A DNA stretch of 63,001 nucleotides from an uncultured archaeon (GTDB lineage Archaea > Asgardarchaeota > Thorarchaeia > Thorarchaeales > Thorarchaeaceae), in the NCBI GenBank assembly GCA_964590575.1, contig CAZPWM010000005.1, positions 1 to 63,001 of the forward strand, read 5' to 3'. Position 1 is the stretch's first letter; every line of letters begins with the position of its first letter. The notes under the pieces are model-generated. The model was given only the letters and a program-made list of their open reading frames with translations, had not been told where the DNA came from and did not search any database. Of this stretch, positions 1-10,514 are shown one piece after another. Both the position numbers and the translations under genes were made by a program.

Positions 1-1
1 T

Positions 2-2041
2 GCTGAAATTACAACCCTTCTTGAAGGAGCAGGACATACCGTTGATGCACTTACAGAAGAAGACATACTCAATCATGAATTGAATACTGATGATTACGAT
101 GTCTTCATTTTGGTGAACAATGTTCCCCGACCTAGTATTTCCAAACTCGTTAAGGAATTCTGGTTGGGTGGCGGAGGTCTGCTTTCATTTAACGGAGCAA
201 TGAGTTTTCTTTGGTATGAGGAAATAATCTACCCTGGATATGCTTTGGATCCTCGTCCGGGTTCTTGGGATTATCGTGTTTCAGATGTTCTCAATGTAAC
301 TGCTCGTCATCCAACTATGAACGATTTCCATGTTAATGATACCTTTACTCAGAGTGTTGGCAACTGGGCAGTAGTTGCACAAGCGTCTCTGGATTCGTCT
401 GATCTCTCTAGCTACTTCACAACACTACTTGCAAATGCATCAACACCAAACCATGTTTCGGCATTTGCTCTTGATAGTTATTACAAAGGTGGCCGTGTTG
501 TACATCTTCCTGGTGATGGATCATCAATCGGAGCAGATTTACAGAGTATAATCGTTGACTCCGTTGAGTGGCTAATCCCTCAACCGAAAGGTCGCATTGC
601 ATTTGACTATACTCATCAGCCACGTATTGGAATTGATAGTTGGGATACTGAATACGTAACGGTCAATTTCGCGCCCCATATTTTTGAACAATTCAGAAAC
701 CTTGCAGTAAATCATTCATACACCTTTGATAAGTTGTATCCATCTTCTGCAGGGAATATCACTGCTGCTCGACTGGCACCTTATGATGTCTTCATCATGG
801 CTTGGCCAGACATAAACTATACATCAGCTGAAGGTGCTGTCATAGACGAATGGGTTAGCGGAGGGGGTAGTCTTCTGGTCTTAGGTGATAGAACCGGATT
901 AGGCTTTCCAAATGACTACGGTGACGAAACTCTCAATATGGTGTTACAGAATTTCGATATGAGCCTTGGTACAACTAACGAATTACCCACTGCAGTAATG
1001 ACTCCAGGTACACATGTCACCCTTGAGGGTTGCACAGGATTGACCTTGGGTCCACGTAACTATCTAAGCGTACTTGGGAATGCCACTACTATCTGGTTCG
1101 ATGGAACTCATCCAGTGGTTGCTGGTCAAGAGTATGGTACGGGTAGGGCAATCCTATCAGCAGACATGAATATCTTTGATGACGGAGTACTGGGTCTAAC
1201 TAACAATAGGCTTTTTGCGAACAATGTTCTGAACTGGTTGACAGCAAGAGATGCTGAGATTCTTGTTTACTCTGATTATCTAGGATGGAATGATGCGGTC
1301 TGTAAGGCTTTGAGGGATTTAGGACTTTCATATCAATTCTTTTCGGACCGTACATATTTACAGGACTTCATTGATTCTAAGGAGTGGGACCTACTAATCT
1401 ACAATTGTGTTAATTTCGCCACGGAACTACTAAGACTGGATGAACTCTATGCTTTCGTAGATGACGGTGGAAGGCTACTCATGACATACTGGAATTTTGA
1501 TGATGTATCAACGCATCCTCTCTGGTCAAAGTTGGGTGTGGAATATGCATCAACCCTCTCTGGTGATCCGTCAATGTATATCTGGGATACAACTCATCCT
1601 ATCTTCACAGAGCCAAATGACCATAGTATGTATAACTACACATCTACGGGGCCCTTTGGTGATGATGGTGACGCTGTAACAGTTAAGGCTGGATACATTG
1701 CACTCGCTGGTACAACTGCTGATGTTCAAGATGGAAAAGCTGCTATCGTTGTAAGTCCTGATAAACAGACTCTCGTCAATGCCTTTCTAATTGACAACTT
1801 TGGTAGTGATGAGGATGACTCAACTTACGAAGATGCGGTTGAACTCTGGCAAAATGAGATTGTTTTCATGATGAGTCCAGGTGGTGGTTTACCTTTCAAC
1901 CTTGATCCAATGACACTACTTCTCATCGGTGCAATTGTGGTTGTTATTATTGTGATTGGAGTGTTAGTTTCGCGTCGACGAGGGGGTGGCTCCGCTCCTG
2001 CGAAGAAATCCGCTAAGAAGACCACAAAGAAGAAGAAATAA
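2..2041 (+). CDS. Membrane-anchored surface protein, 5'-partial, with repeated alpha/beta (class I GATase-like/DUF4350-like) domains
   Basis: Frame is open from position 2. Repeated segments 'FWLGGGGLL', 'WVSGGGSLLVLG', 'FVDDGGRLL'. C-terminal TM (LLLIGAIVVVIIVIGVLV) is followed by RRR and a Lys-rich tail. Confidence 0.7.
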   Translation, partial: AEITTLLEGAGHTVDALTEEDILNHELNTDDYDVFILVNNVPRPSISKLVKEFWLGGGGLLSFNGAMSFLWYEEIIYPGYALDPRPGSWDYRVSDVLNVTARHPTMNDFHVNDTFTQSVGNWAVVAQASLDSSDLSSYFTTLLANASTPNHVSAFALDSYYKGGRVVHLPGDGSSIGADLQSIIVDSVEWLIPQPKGRIAFDYTHQPRIGIDSWDTEYVTVNFAPHIFEQFRNLAVNHSYTFDKLYPSSAGNITAARLAPYDVFIMAWPDINYTSAEGAVIDEWVSGGGSLLVLGDRTGLGFPNDYGDETLNMVLQNFDMSLGTTNELPTAVMTPGTHVTLEGCTGLTLGPRNYLSVLGNATTIWFDGTHPVVAGQEYGTGRAILSADMNIFDDGVLGLTNNRLFANNVLNWLTARDAEILVYSDYLGWNDAVCKALRDLGLSYQFFSDRTYLQDFIDSKEWDLLIYNCVNFATELLRLDELYAFVDDGGRLLMTYWNFDDVSTHPLWSKLGVEYASTLSGDPSMYIWDTTHPIFTEPNDHSMYNYTSTGPFGDDGDAVTVKAGYIALAGTTADVQDGKAAIVVSPDKQTLVNAFLIDNFGSDEDDSTYEDAVELWQNEIVFMMSPGGGLPFNLDPMTLLLIGAIVVVIIVIGVLVSRRRGGGSAPAKKSAKKTTKKKK

Positions 2042-2049
2042 TTCCATTC

Positions 2050-2083
2050 GGGAAGTCTGAGGACTTCCCTTTCCTTTCTTTTT
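2050..2083 (+). terminator. Hairpin plus T-rich tract between convergent genes
   Basis: GGGAAGTC-tgag-GACTTCCC followed by TTTCCTTTCTTTTT. Confidence 0.7.
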
Positions 2084-2084
2084 G

Positions 2085-3884
2085 TTATTCTATTCTGTGA
2101 CGTTTTTTAAACCGTTGAATAGCATCATGGCCTAGTCTGCCAACTGCCCTATCGAGATTGTCTTTCTTTATTCGAATCATTGAAGGTCTGCCATGACAGC
2201 ACGTATACTTACCTTGCGTTTTTGAGAAGTCCTCAATCAGGCTCCGAATCTCATCTACATTCAATATCTGTCCAGACCTTATTGCAGAATGACAGGCTGT
2301 AAGCTTTACAAGCTCGTCCATGAATGTGTCTTTGGCTTCTGAAATCCCAACGGTGGCTATTTGATCAAGGAGCGAGATGAGTTCGTTTTCAGATACGACT
2401 CTTCCAAATATCTCTGGAATAGTAGAAATAGATATCTCATTCCCACCAAAACTGGAGATTGAAAATCCAAGTTCTTCGAGTGTTTCTGCGAAATCAAGAA
2501 TCTGTTCAGCATCTTTAGAACCAAGGCTTAGAATGAATGGCTGAAGCAACTCTTGAACTGCGACTCTATTCTCATTTACTTCCTTTCTCAATTCTTCGTA
2601 GAGAACCCTTTCATGGGCTGCATGCTGATCAATGATCAAGAGGCCTTCTGCATCCTCAAGAAGTATGTAGAGCTGGTGGATCTGTCCAACTATCCTGAAC
2701 ACCCCACCAAGTAGATTCACAGGCTCTTCATCTTCACCAATGTCGGGAAGTGGTTCAAGGTTAGTTTGTTCGACTAATGGAACTGTTCTAAGGCCCGCTC
2801 TAGGGGCTGATTGTACTCGTTCGTCATCTAAGTCTGCACCGACTGAAGGGTCCTCATCGAGAAATGTTCCCAACGACTGGCTTTCGACCTGCTGCTTATC
2901 CGCCCCAAGAGCATCTCTTACTGCCTTTGTGATTATGGAACTCACTTTCTCGAGATCAAGAATTCTCACTTCTCGCTTGGTTGGATGAACATTCACATCG
3001 ACATTTGCCAATTTCATCGCAATATCCAACGAGCATACTGGATATTGACCTTTCATAAGCATCGTTGAATATGCAGACTCCACCGCGTAGCTAAGCTGTT
3101 CATCTGTTACAGGTCTCCTCATAACAGCGAAATATTCGCGAGACCTATTTCCTCTAGAAATTGGGGGCATTGCTGCAAATCCCTGGACCCATACATCTTC
3201 TTCGGTATAATAAATCTCAACCAGTCCCTTAGCTATGTCACTTCCCCAGAGGTACGCTATCCTGTCAATAGCACTTTGCATTGGGGGACAATCAATCACC
3301 ACATTTTCATCTCTGATTAATCTGAAACCAATATCTGTTCTAATGACCGCATGCTTCATTACAACTTCTACAATTCTTTGCCCCTCAACCTTTGGATTTC
3401 TAAGGTGCTTTCGTCTCGCTGGCATCTTCTCGAATAGATCGCTGACCTCAACGGTTGTACCTATCGGTCTTGAAGAATCGGTAATCTTTGGGGTTTCTCC
3501 AACCCGTGACACTATCAGTGTTCCAACCTCTTCCTCCTTTGTCTGGGTTGTTATTCTGATGTCTGCTACTGCTGCAATACTTGCGAGGGCTTCGCCTCTA
3601 AATCCGTATGTGGAGATAGCATCAATATCCTCCTTTGTAGAGACCTTACTTGTTGAGTGCCTTTGAAGACACACCTCACAGTCTTCATTTGAAATGCCTG
3701 AACCATTATCGGATACAACAATCTTACCAATACCTCCCTGTTCAATAGATATGTCTATCATTTCAGTTCCTGCATCTAGTGAATTCTCGATGAGTTCTTT
3801 GACAATTGATGATGGGTTCTCGATAACCTCTCCAGCAGAAATGAGTGAGATTAAATCATCACTTAGGACTTTGATTTTACCCAC
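2085..3884 (-). CDS. mutL: DNA mismatch repair endonuclease MutL
   Basis: GEVIENPSSIVKELIENSLDAG, GFRGEALAS, DVNVHPTK, endonuclease motif DQHAAHERVLYE, ACH and CHGRP. Confidence 0.97.
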   Translation of the reverse strand: MGKIKVLSDDLISLISAGEVIENPSSIVKELIENSLDAGTEMIDISIEQGGIGKIVVSDNGSGISNEDCEVCLQRHSTSKVSTKEDIDAISTYGFRGEALASIAAVADIRITTQTKEEEVGTLIVSRVGETPKITDSSRPIGTTVEVSDLFEKMPARRKHLRNPKVEGQRIVEVVMKHAVIRTDIGFRLIRDENVVIDCPPMQSAIDRIAYLWGSDIAKGLVEIYYTEEDVWVQGFAAMPPISRGNRSREYFAVMRRPVTDEQLSYAVESAYSTMLMKGQYPVCSLDIAMKLANVDVNVHPTKREVRILDLEKVSSIITKAVRDALGADKQQVESQSLGTFLDEDPSVGADLDDERVQSAPRAGLRTVPLVEQTNLEPLPDIGEDEEPVNLLGGVFRIVGQIHQLYILLEDAEGLLIIDQHAAHERVLYEELRKEVNENRVAVQELLQPFILSLGSKDAEQILDFAETLEELGFSISSFGGNEISISTIPEIFGRVVSENELISLLDQIATVGISEAKDTFMDELVKLTACHSAIRSGQILNVDEIRSLIEDFSKTQGKYTCCHGRPSMIRIKKDNLDRAVGRLGHDAIQRFKKRHRIE

Positions 3885-3893
3885 TGCAACACC

Positions 3894-5447
3894 TCACAAA
3901 CCTAATGTAGAGTGCTCAACAAGTCCCCCGACTACAGTCATTTCCACATCAATGTCTATGATTTGATCTGCAGGTACTTCGAGGATATTGTCAGAGAGTA
4001 CAATGAAATCGGCTCTCTTCCCAACGCTGAGGCTCCCAAGACTATTTTCTTGAAACACAGAATATGCGCTCTCCATTGTATAACACCGCAGTGCTTCTTC
4101 GACAGTCAGTCTGACTCTATCGTTGTGATGTGTTGTTGCAGACCAGATTCCATATAGGGGACCATATGGCATCCCATCAGAACCAAAACAGACTCGGGCT
4201 CCATTATCAAGAGCTACACGGAACATATTCATTCCGCGAACTGTTTCTTCATCGAATCTATCCTCATAAAGTCCTCCAGGTTGCTGCCACCTCCCTACAA
4301 AGTTTGGTTGCATCGATAGGATGAGACCTAGGCTCACAGCTCGTCGAATCTGATACTCGTTGATCATCTCTGCATGCTCTATTCTGTGCCGCTGTACCCT
4401 AAGTTTACTTTTCTCTGGAAGATTCTCAAATGTAGAGAGGACCATCTCTATGGCTTCATCTCCAATCGCGTGAGTCACTGTTTGGATGTTGTGTTCTACA
4501 GCTTTTTTCAATACTGCCTCAAACTCTTTCTGTGGAAAGAGAAGCATACCTTTGTTATTGGGTTCATCTCTATACCCTTTCGCAACATATGCTGTTCTTG
4601 CTCCGATTGAGCCATCGGTAAATATTTTCACTCCCCCAATCCTGACTAGGGGACTTCCCATTCCTGAAGTGAGACCCAATGATATCATGTGGTCGATCTG
4701 TTCTACAGGAATGTTCACAATCATGCGAGTACAAAGTTCATGTTTTGTTTCGATCTCTCGAATATGCCACAAGGTTCCACTCGTTGCGTTGTCAATGACA
4801 GTAGTAATACCCTTCTCATTAGCAATCGCATTCCCGACCTTCACGCCTTCCTGAATTTGCTCAGCAGTAGGTGTAATTTTCTCCCATACTTCATCAATAT
4901 CCTTCAAAACACCTGTTGGTCTGCCAAGTCTGTCTTTTTGAACACCTACTTGATTGAGACTGATTCCAAGTTTCTTGAGACCAGCACTATTGACAGATGC
5001 TAGATGACCACAGACACGTGTGGCCATAATTGGGTGGTCATCACTGATTGAGTCTAGATCTTTCGACTGAATAAACCTCTTCTTCTCCCAGGTACTCTCA
5101 TCCCAATTATACCCTAGAATCCATTCTCCTTTAGGATATCTGGGGACCGCATCCTTGAGAAATTGAACCGCCTCTTCGACAGACCCGACTTTGTTGAGCT
5201 GGACATGTGCTGCTTTAACGCCAGCACTTGTCAGGTGAGTATGTGCGTCAATAAACCCTGGGATAACTGTCTTTCCACCAAGATCGATGACCCTTCTTGC
5301 ATTGGGAATGAGCTCTACAACCTCATCCTCTTCACCCACATACAGGACCTTATAGCTCTTCACAGCAAGAGCTGTAGCAGTTGGTTTTTGTGGGTCCATT
5401 GTGATTATGTTCCCATTGAAGACAACAAGATCAGCTTCTATCTTCAT
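3894..5447 (-). CDS. Metal-dependent amidohydrolase (YtcJ-like, amidohydrolase 3)
   Basis: PGFIDAHTH, KIFTDGSIGART, HAIGD, RIEHAE, FGSDG, GKRADFIVL. Confidence 0.9.
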   Translation of the reverse strand: MKIEADLVVFNGNIITMDPQKPTATALAVKSYKVLYVGEEDEVVELIPNARRVIDLGGKTVIPGFIDAHTHLTSAGVKAAHVQLNKVGSVEEAVQFLKDAVPRYPKGEWILGYNWDESTWEKKRFIQSKDLDSISDDHPIMATRVCGHLASVNSAGLKKLGISLNQVGVQKDRLGRPTGVLKDIDEVWEKITPTAEQIQEGVKVGNAIANEKGITTVIDNATSGTLWHIREIETKHELCTRMIVNIPVEQIDHMISLGLTSGMGSPLVRIGGVKIFTDGSIGARTAYVAKGYRDEPNNKGMLLFPQKEFEAVLKKAVEHNIQTVTHAIGDEAIEMVLSTFENLPEKSKLRVQRHRIEHAEMINEYQIRRAVSLGLILSMQPNFVGRWQQPGGLYEDRFDEETVRGMNMFRVALDNGARVCFGSDGMPYGPLYGIWSATTHHNDRVRLTVEEALRCYTMESAYSVFQENSLGSLSVGKRADFIVLSDNILEVPADQIIDIDVEMTVVGGLVEHSTLGL

Positions 5448-5571
5448 GACTCACACATGTTAAGTCTGAATCAAAATAACATATCTATATTGTCATTACA
5501 GGGGTCGCAAAACTTGGGTTTTTCTATTATTTCATCCAATATAGCTTCATATAGTTGTAATAACCATATTA

Positions 5572-5730
5572 TTGTTAGATAGATTATATTCATCGACGCC
5601 GCCAACTACCTCCCCACGACCAACTGGCCCTATTAATCCATTTGAGCTATCAACAGAGATGTTGATCATGCTTGGAGGTATTGGACTTGTGGTTATTGTC
5701 CTCGGTGTGATGGCCAAGAGACGCAAGTAG
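5572..5730 (+). CDS. Small (52 aa) tail-anchored membrane protein, or remnant C-terminus of a surface-protein gene
   Basis: Not in the ORF track. TTG start gives MLDRLYSSTPPTTSPRPTGPINPFELSTEMLIMLGGIGLVVIVLGVMAKRRK*: Pro/Thr linker, TM helix, basic tail, followed by a terminator hairpin. Confidence 0.45.
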   Translation: MLDRLYSSTPPTTSPRPTGPINPFELSTEMLIMLGGIGLVVIVLGVMAKRRK

Positions 5731-5736
5731 AACAAG

Positions 5737-5778
5737 AAGAGGGGCCATTAATCGCCCCTCTTTCCCTCTCTTTTTTCC
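5737..5778 (+). terminator. Hairpin plus pyrimidine tract
   Basis: AAGAGGGGC-cattaatc-GCCCCTCTT then TCCCTCTCTTTTTT. Confidence 0.65.
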
Positions 5779-5781
5779 TAC

Positions 5782-6429
5782 CTACTTTTTCGGAACTTTC
5801 TTCCAATCATCCAAGAATTTCTTGATACCAATATCTGTGAGTGGATGATTTACCATTTTATCAAGAACATCTGGTGGGATGGTCGCGATATCTGCTCCAA
5901 TTAGTGCTGCCTCATATACATGGATTGGATGTCGAATACTCGCAACAATGATCTCTGTTTCGATCCCATAGTTTGTATAGATCTGAGCAATGGCTTCAAT
6001 CACGTCCATACCTACCTGTCCGATGTCATCCAGTCTTCCAATGAACGGTGAAACGAATGAAGCCCCAGCTTTTGCAGCAAGCAGAGCTTGATTCGGACTG
6101 AAAACAAGCGTGACATTGGTCTGGATACCCTCATCTGCACAGACTTTTACAGCCTTGAGACCCTCCCATGTCATGGGGATCTTGATAGCTGCGTTGTCGA
6201 TCCATCCATTGAGTTCACGAGCTTCTTTCAGCATTCCCTCAGCGTCCTCGCTCACAACCTCAAGACTGATTGGGCCTTTGACAAAGGATGCAATCTCATC
6301 TATTACTGTCCTGAAATCACGACCCTCTTTGGCAACAAGTGATGGGTTGGTGGTCACACCGTCAACCATGCCCCTCTCGTGTGCTTTACGTATTGCCTCA
6401 ACATTAGCAGTATCAATGAAGAATTTCAA
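5782..6429 (-). CDS. tal: Transaldolase / fructose-6-phosphate aldolase family
   Basis: [15 protein letters not shown], Schiff-base [26 protein letters not shown]. Confidence 0.93.
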   Translation of the reverse strand: MKFFIDTANVEAIRKAHERGMVDGVTTNPSLVAKEGRDFRTVIDEIASFVKGPISLEVVSEDAEGMLKEARELNGWIDNAAIKIPMTWEGLKAVKVCADEGIQTNVTLVFSPNQALLAAKAGASFVSPFIGRLDDIGQVGMDVIEAIAQIYTNYGIETEIIVASIRHPIHVYEAALIGADIATIPPDVLDKMVNHPLTDIGIKKFLDDWKKVPKK

Positions 6430-6517
6430 CTCTAATTTTCTCCTGTCTCGACCAAAAAGTGGTCTTTACAATCGCAGATAGGATTTTTGCAGGATTTAAA
6501 ACGTGGGGTCTAGCAAT

Positions 6518-7183
6518 CTATTGCATAGCTTTCTTCAAATCGCGCACTCGCTGCTCGATATTAGGTGCTTTGAACACTGCAGAACCCGCGATGAAGAAGT
6601 CCGCACCTGCTTTTCGAAGGGCTCCGATGTTTTCTAGTGTAACCCCACCATCAACTGCTATCCTTACAGTTGGTTTCTGTCTATCAAGAAGAGTTCGTAA
6701 GTCTGTGATCTTCTTCATGGTTGATGGGATGAAACTCTGCCCTCCGAAGCCGGGACAAACGCTCATCAAGAGAACAGAATCGATGAGATCCAGTACTCCT
6801 TCCACTGCAGATACCGGAGTCGCTGGATTTAGTGTGATTCCTGCTCTTGCACCATGGTCTGTTATCATTTGGACTGTGCGGTACACATCATAGGCTGCTT
6901 CAACATGAGGATAGATGAGTTCCACACCTGCATCAATGAACTTGGGGATGTACTCACGGGGATTGGTTATCATGAGGTGTGCATCAATAGGCACATCCGT
7001 GATTGCTTTCATCTGTCTGGCTATCCAGGGACCAAACGAGATGTTTGGGACAAAATGACCATCCATGATGTCAAGATGGAAATAATCCGCGCCTCCTTTT
7101 TCAGCAGCTTTGATGTCCGCTTCAAGGTTGGAAAAGTTTGCTGCTAGAATGGAAGGTGTTAGAAGAGGCTTCATTGCATGCAT
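6518..7183 (-). CDS. rpe: Ribulose-phosphate 3-epimerase
   Basis: PSIL, HLDIMDGHFVPN, DAHLMI, PGFGGQ, VDGGV, AGSAVF. Start may be a few codons downstream. Confidence 0.96.
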   Translation of the reverse strand: MHAMKPLLTPSILAANFSNLEADIKAAEKGGADYFHLDIMDGHFVPNISFGPWIARQMKAITDVPIDAHLMITNPREYIPKFIDAGVELIYPHVEAAYDVYRTVQMITDHGARAGITLNPATPVSAVEGVLDLIDSVLLMSVCPGFGGQSFIPSTMKKITDLRTLLDRQKPTVRIAVDGGVTLENIGALRKAGADFFIAGSAVFKAPNIEQRVRDLKKAMQ

Positions 7184-7202
7184 AGGTCACAGCTGCTCGT
7201 TT

Positions 7203-7898
7203 TTAATCTTCTCTCTTGTTTAATCTTCTCTCCAAGCTCTTTCTGTGATGTCTGCTCATGAGAAAAACTGCGAACACATCCAGGAAAATTGCTCCGAAGA
7301 TTCCAGGGAGTGTCCAGTCGATTGTGAAATACCAGAGTCTAGTGATGTCTTCTGGGACAACAATTGCTAATGGAGGTAACCGTATCATATCTGGATATCC
7401 AAGCCCTGTAGGACCAACCTGGAACTCGATGGTGACATAGAGAGTTCTTCCCTTATCCACATCAAAAGGAAATGGATGAATCAAAGAGTTGCAGATGCTG
7501 AATGATTTTGTCATATTGGATTGACGTTCATCACTATCAAATACATGCTGTGCCACTTTAATCCATGCTTGATTATCCAGTGATAGCCACAATCCCACTC
7601 CACAACCAAGCCACGTTTCTCGATATAGTCCCTTTACTATAGGGAATTCTCCATTCCATGTGTATGTGACCTCAAGGCATGTGCTGAAGAAGCCAGTTTC
7701 AATTGAAGCGTTATTTAGAATGACTAACTCTTCAGGATCAAATTCAGATTGAGCAATAACGATTGTGGTATTCTCTGCTAACTTTGAATTACTAAACATG
7801 GGTGATAGAATGACTATGAGTGCAATCAAGAACCCGTATCTTCTATGCAACGAATACCCCCTAGACTGTTGATATCCGTAAAATATCCCCCTTTCCAT
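7203..7898 (-). CDS. Hypothetical membrane protein (N-terminal signal/TM and C-terminal TM)
   Basis: 231 aa ORF in the mutS-rpe-tal run; hydrophobic segments at both ends and a basic tail. Confidence 0.6.
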   Translation of the reverse strand: MERGIFYGYQQSRGYSLHRRYGFLIALIVILSPMFSNSKLAENTTIVIAQSEFDPEELVILNNASIETGFFSTCLEVTYTWNGEFPIVKGLYRETWLGCGVGLWLSLDNQAWIKVAQHVFDSDERQSNMTKSFSICNSLIHPFPFDVDKGRTLYVTIEFQVGPTGLGYPDMIRLPPLAIVVPEDITRLWYFTIDWTLPGIFGAIFLDVFAVFLMSRHHRKSLERRLNKRED

Positions 7899-7913
7899 TG
7901 ACGAAGTACTGTA

Positions 7914-10514
7914 CTAATCCCTGCGACGTTTAATCTCATCCTGAATCTCTTTCAGTTCAGCGAGTGCATCCATTGGAGTTGTTCTATCGAGATCTATGTG
8001 CTTTATCCTCTCCACCACTGGATCATCAATTACTAGCGCTTCAAGACTCGCTTGTTCAGTGTCTTCGAAGTTTGTATCTGAAAGATCCACAGCAGTGATG
8101 TTCTCCTTCTCTAACCTGACAAGAAGCTCTTTCGCCCTCTTTACGACTTGGTCTGGTACTCCTGCTAATGCAGCTACATGAACACCATAGCTTCTATCTG
8201 TACCCCCATCAGCAACCTTGTGGAGAAAAATAATCGAATCTCCAGATTCCTTTGCGAGAGTGTGCACGTTCTTCACACCATGATATTGCTTTGCCATATC
8301 TGTAAGTTGATGGAAATGTGTCGCAAACAGAGCTCGAGTTTTCATCTGAACAATACGCTCAGCAACTGCCCATGCAAGAGCCATTCCATCAAAGGTTGAG
8401 GTTCCCCTCCCAATCTCATCAAGTATGACAAGGCTTCTTTCTGTAGCATTGTTGAGGATGTTCGCGGTTTCTATCATCTCAACCATGAATGTACTCTGCC
8501 TTGCAGTCAGGTCATCAAATGCCCCCACTCTCGTAAATATTCGATCAACCAGACCTATCTCTGCGCTCTTTGCAGGAACGAATGAACCCATTTGAGCAAG
8601 TAGGACAATGATTGCACATTGTCGCATGTATGTGCTTTTCCCCGCCATATTGGGTCCGGTCACAATCATCAGGGTAGTCCCACCGTTTCCAATCTCTATT
8701 CCATTGGGGACGAATTCATTCGGACCGAGTATAACCTCAAGAGCAGCGTGCCTGCCATCTGTGATCTTGATACGAGTGCCATCAGTCACTTTTGGTCGAG
8801 AATATCGTCTTGTAACTGCAACATCCGCAAGTGATACCAGCACATCTGTGATAGCAACTGCCTCAGAGTCCCGTCGAAGAATCGCTATTACTTCTCTCAC
8901 TTCGTCACGTAGTTTTTCATAGATCTCAAACTCGACATTGTTAATCCTTTCTTCACCTGCGAGTACTGTGGACTCTTTCTCCTTGAGTTCGGGAGTGATG
9001 AATCTCTCAGCATTCGCTAAGGTCTGTTTCCGCTCATATTCCGGAGGCACCGAGGAAATGTTTGCCCTTGTTACTTCGATGTAGTAACCAAAGACTTTGT
9101 TGAAACCAACCTTGAGTGTCTTGATTCCAGTTCTTCTTCTTTCAGAAGCCTGAAGTGATGCAATCCATTTCTTGTCAGAAGAAATCGTGTTTCTTAGCTC
9201 ATCAAGTTCTTTGCTGAACCCATGGAGTATCATTCCCCCATCACGTACTGAAACAGGTGGGTCATCAACGATGGCTGTCTTTAACGTCTTGTGAAGAGCT
9301 GAGAGGGAGTCAATGGAATCTGCGCACTCTTTCAGCATCATGCTCTTGCAGTCTGATAGGGATTTCTTGATTTTTGGTAGTTTTTCCAGAGCGTTTTTGA
9401 GTGCTAGAAGATCTCGAGCATTAGCTGAGCCAAAGACGATTCTACTAGTAATTCTCTCGAGGTCTCCGAGGTCTCTCAGACTATCTGATATTCCTTTTCT
9501 GTTGAGGGCATCTCTTGCAAGCTCTTCTATTGCATCCTGCCTTTTCTCTATCTCCTTCAGGTTTCTCAGAGGCCTCAGCATCCACTGTTTCAGTTTTCGC
9601 TTGCCCATGGGAGTTACAGTCTTAGAGAGAACCGAGAGGAGCGTTCCTCGTGCAGTACCGTCTCTTGCGTTCTTGATAAGTTCGAGGTTTCGCTGTGTTG
9701 TGGAATCGACGATCATGTGTGTCGCTACACTGTAGGTTCGAATACCTGACACTGTTATCGCACCAGTCTTGTGAACATCGTTCAGGTATGCAATTACTGC
9801 CCCCGCTGCACCAAGAGCCACACGTTTGTCACTTAATCCATAACCATCGAGTGTTGTTACACCAAACTGCTCTTTGACGCGCTCCTCTGCTGTCCTTGCA
9901 GAATAGTCTGTGTCATTTCGAAAGGTGAGTCTGATTCCCATCTCATCGAGTGTTGAACGAAGTTTGGTTTTAGATGTTGAATCAGGTAGGAGAACCTCAG
10001 AAGGCGAGAATTTGCCTATCTCGTTCATTGTGGTTTCACTATCAAGACCTGCTTTGAACTCTGCAGCGAGAAACTCACCTGTTGATACATCAACCGCTGC
10101 AATACCTACTAAGTCCTCATGTTGAACCAAAGACACAAGGTAGTTGTTGGTTGTATCATCCAACATAGTACTCTCAAGAACTGTGCCTGGGGTTACTAAG
10201 CGAACAACATCCCGCTTCACTAGCCCCTTGGCTTGTGAAGCCTCTTCCACTTGTCTGGCAATGGCAACAGTATGACCTGCTTGCAACAGTTTAGCAATGT
10301 ATCCGTCAACAGAGTGATTCGGTACTCCACACATTGGCCACTTGTCTACACCTTCACCCCGAGCAGTTAGTACGATGTCGAGGATTTTGCTTGCAATCTT
10401 AGCATCCTCATTGAACATCTCATGGAAATCCCCCAGCTGATACATCAATATGCAATTGGGATACTGTCTTTTCAGCTGAAGGTATTGCCTCTGCATCGGG
10501 GTCTGTTTACTCAC
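7914..10514 (-). CDS. mutS: DNA mismatch repair protein MutS (MutS1)
   Basis: TPMQRQY, GDFHEMF (F-x-E mismatch motif), Walker A TGPNMAGKST, STFMVEM, DEIGRGTST, ATHFHQL, SYGVHVA. Confidence 0.97.
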   Translation of the reverse strand: MSKQTPMQRQYLQLKRQYPNCILMYQLGDFHEMFNEDAKIASKILDIVLTARGEGVDKWPMCGVPNHSVDGYIAKLLQAGHTVAIARQVEEASQAKGLVKRDVVRLVTPGTVLESTMLDDTTNNYLVSLVQHEDLVGIAAVDVSTGEFLAAEFKAGLDSETTMNEIGKFSPSEVLLPDSTSKTKLRSTLDEMGIRLTFRNDTDYSARTAEERVKEQFGVTTLDGYGLSDKRVALGAAGAVIAYLNDVHKTGAITVSGIRTYSVATHMIVDSTTQRNLELIKNARDGTARGTLLSVLSKTVTPMGKRKLKQWMLRPLRNLKEIEKRQDAIEELARDALNRKGISDSLRDLGDLERITSRIVFGSANARDLLALKNALEKLPKIKKSLSDCKSMMLKECADSIDSLSALHKTLKTAIVDDPPVSVRDGGMILHGFSKELDELRNTISSDKKWIASLQASERRRTGIKTLKVGFNKVFGYYIEVTRANISSVPPEYERKQTLANAERFITPELKEKESTVLAGEERINNVEFEIYEKLRDEVREVIAILRRDSEAVAITDVLVSLADVAVTRRYSRPKVTDGTRIKITDGRHAALEVILGPNEFVPNGIEIGNGGTTLMIVTGPNMAGKSTYMRQCAIIVLLAQMGSFVPAKSAEIGLVDRIFTRVGAFDDLTARQSTFMVEMIETANILNNATERSLVILDEIGRGTSTFDGMALAWAVAERIVQMKTRALFATHFHQLTDMAKQYHGVKNVHTLAKESGDSIIFLHKVADGGTDRSYGVHVAALAGVPDQVVKRAKELLVRLEKENITAVDLSDTNFEDTEQASLEALVIDDPVVERIKHIDLDRTTPMDALAELKEIQDEIKRRRD

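Noticed and set aside
5547-5735. Minus-strand 62-aa ORF
   Set aside because: Antisense shadow of the more protein-like + strand TM/KRRK frame
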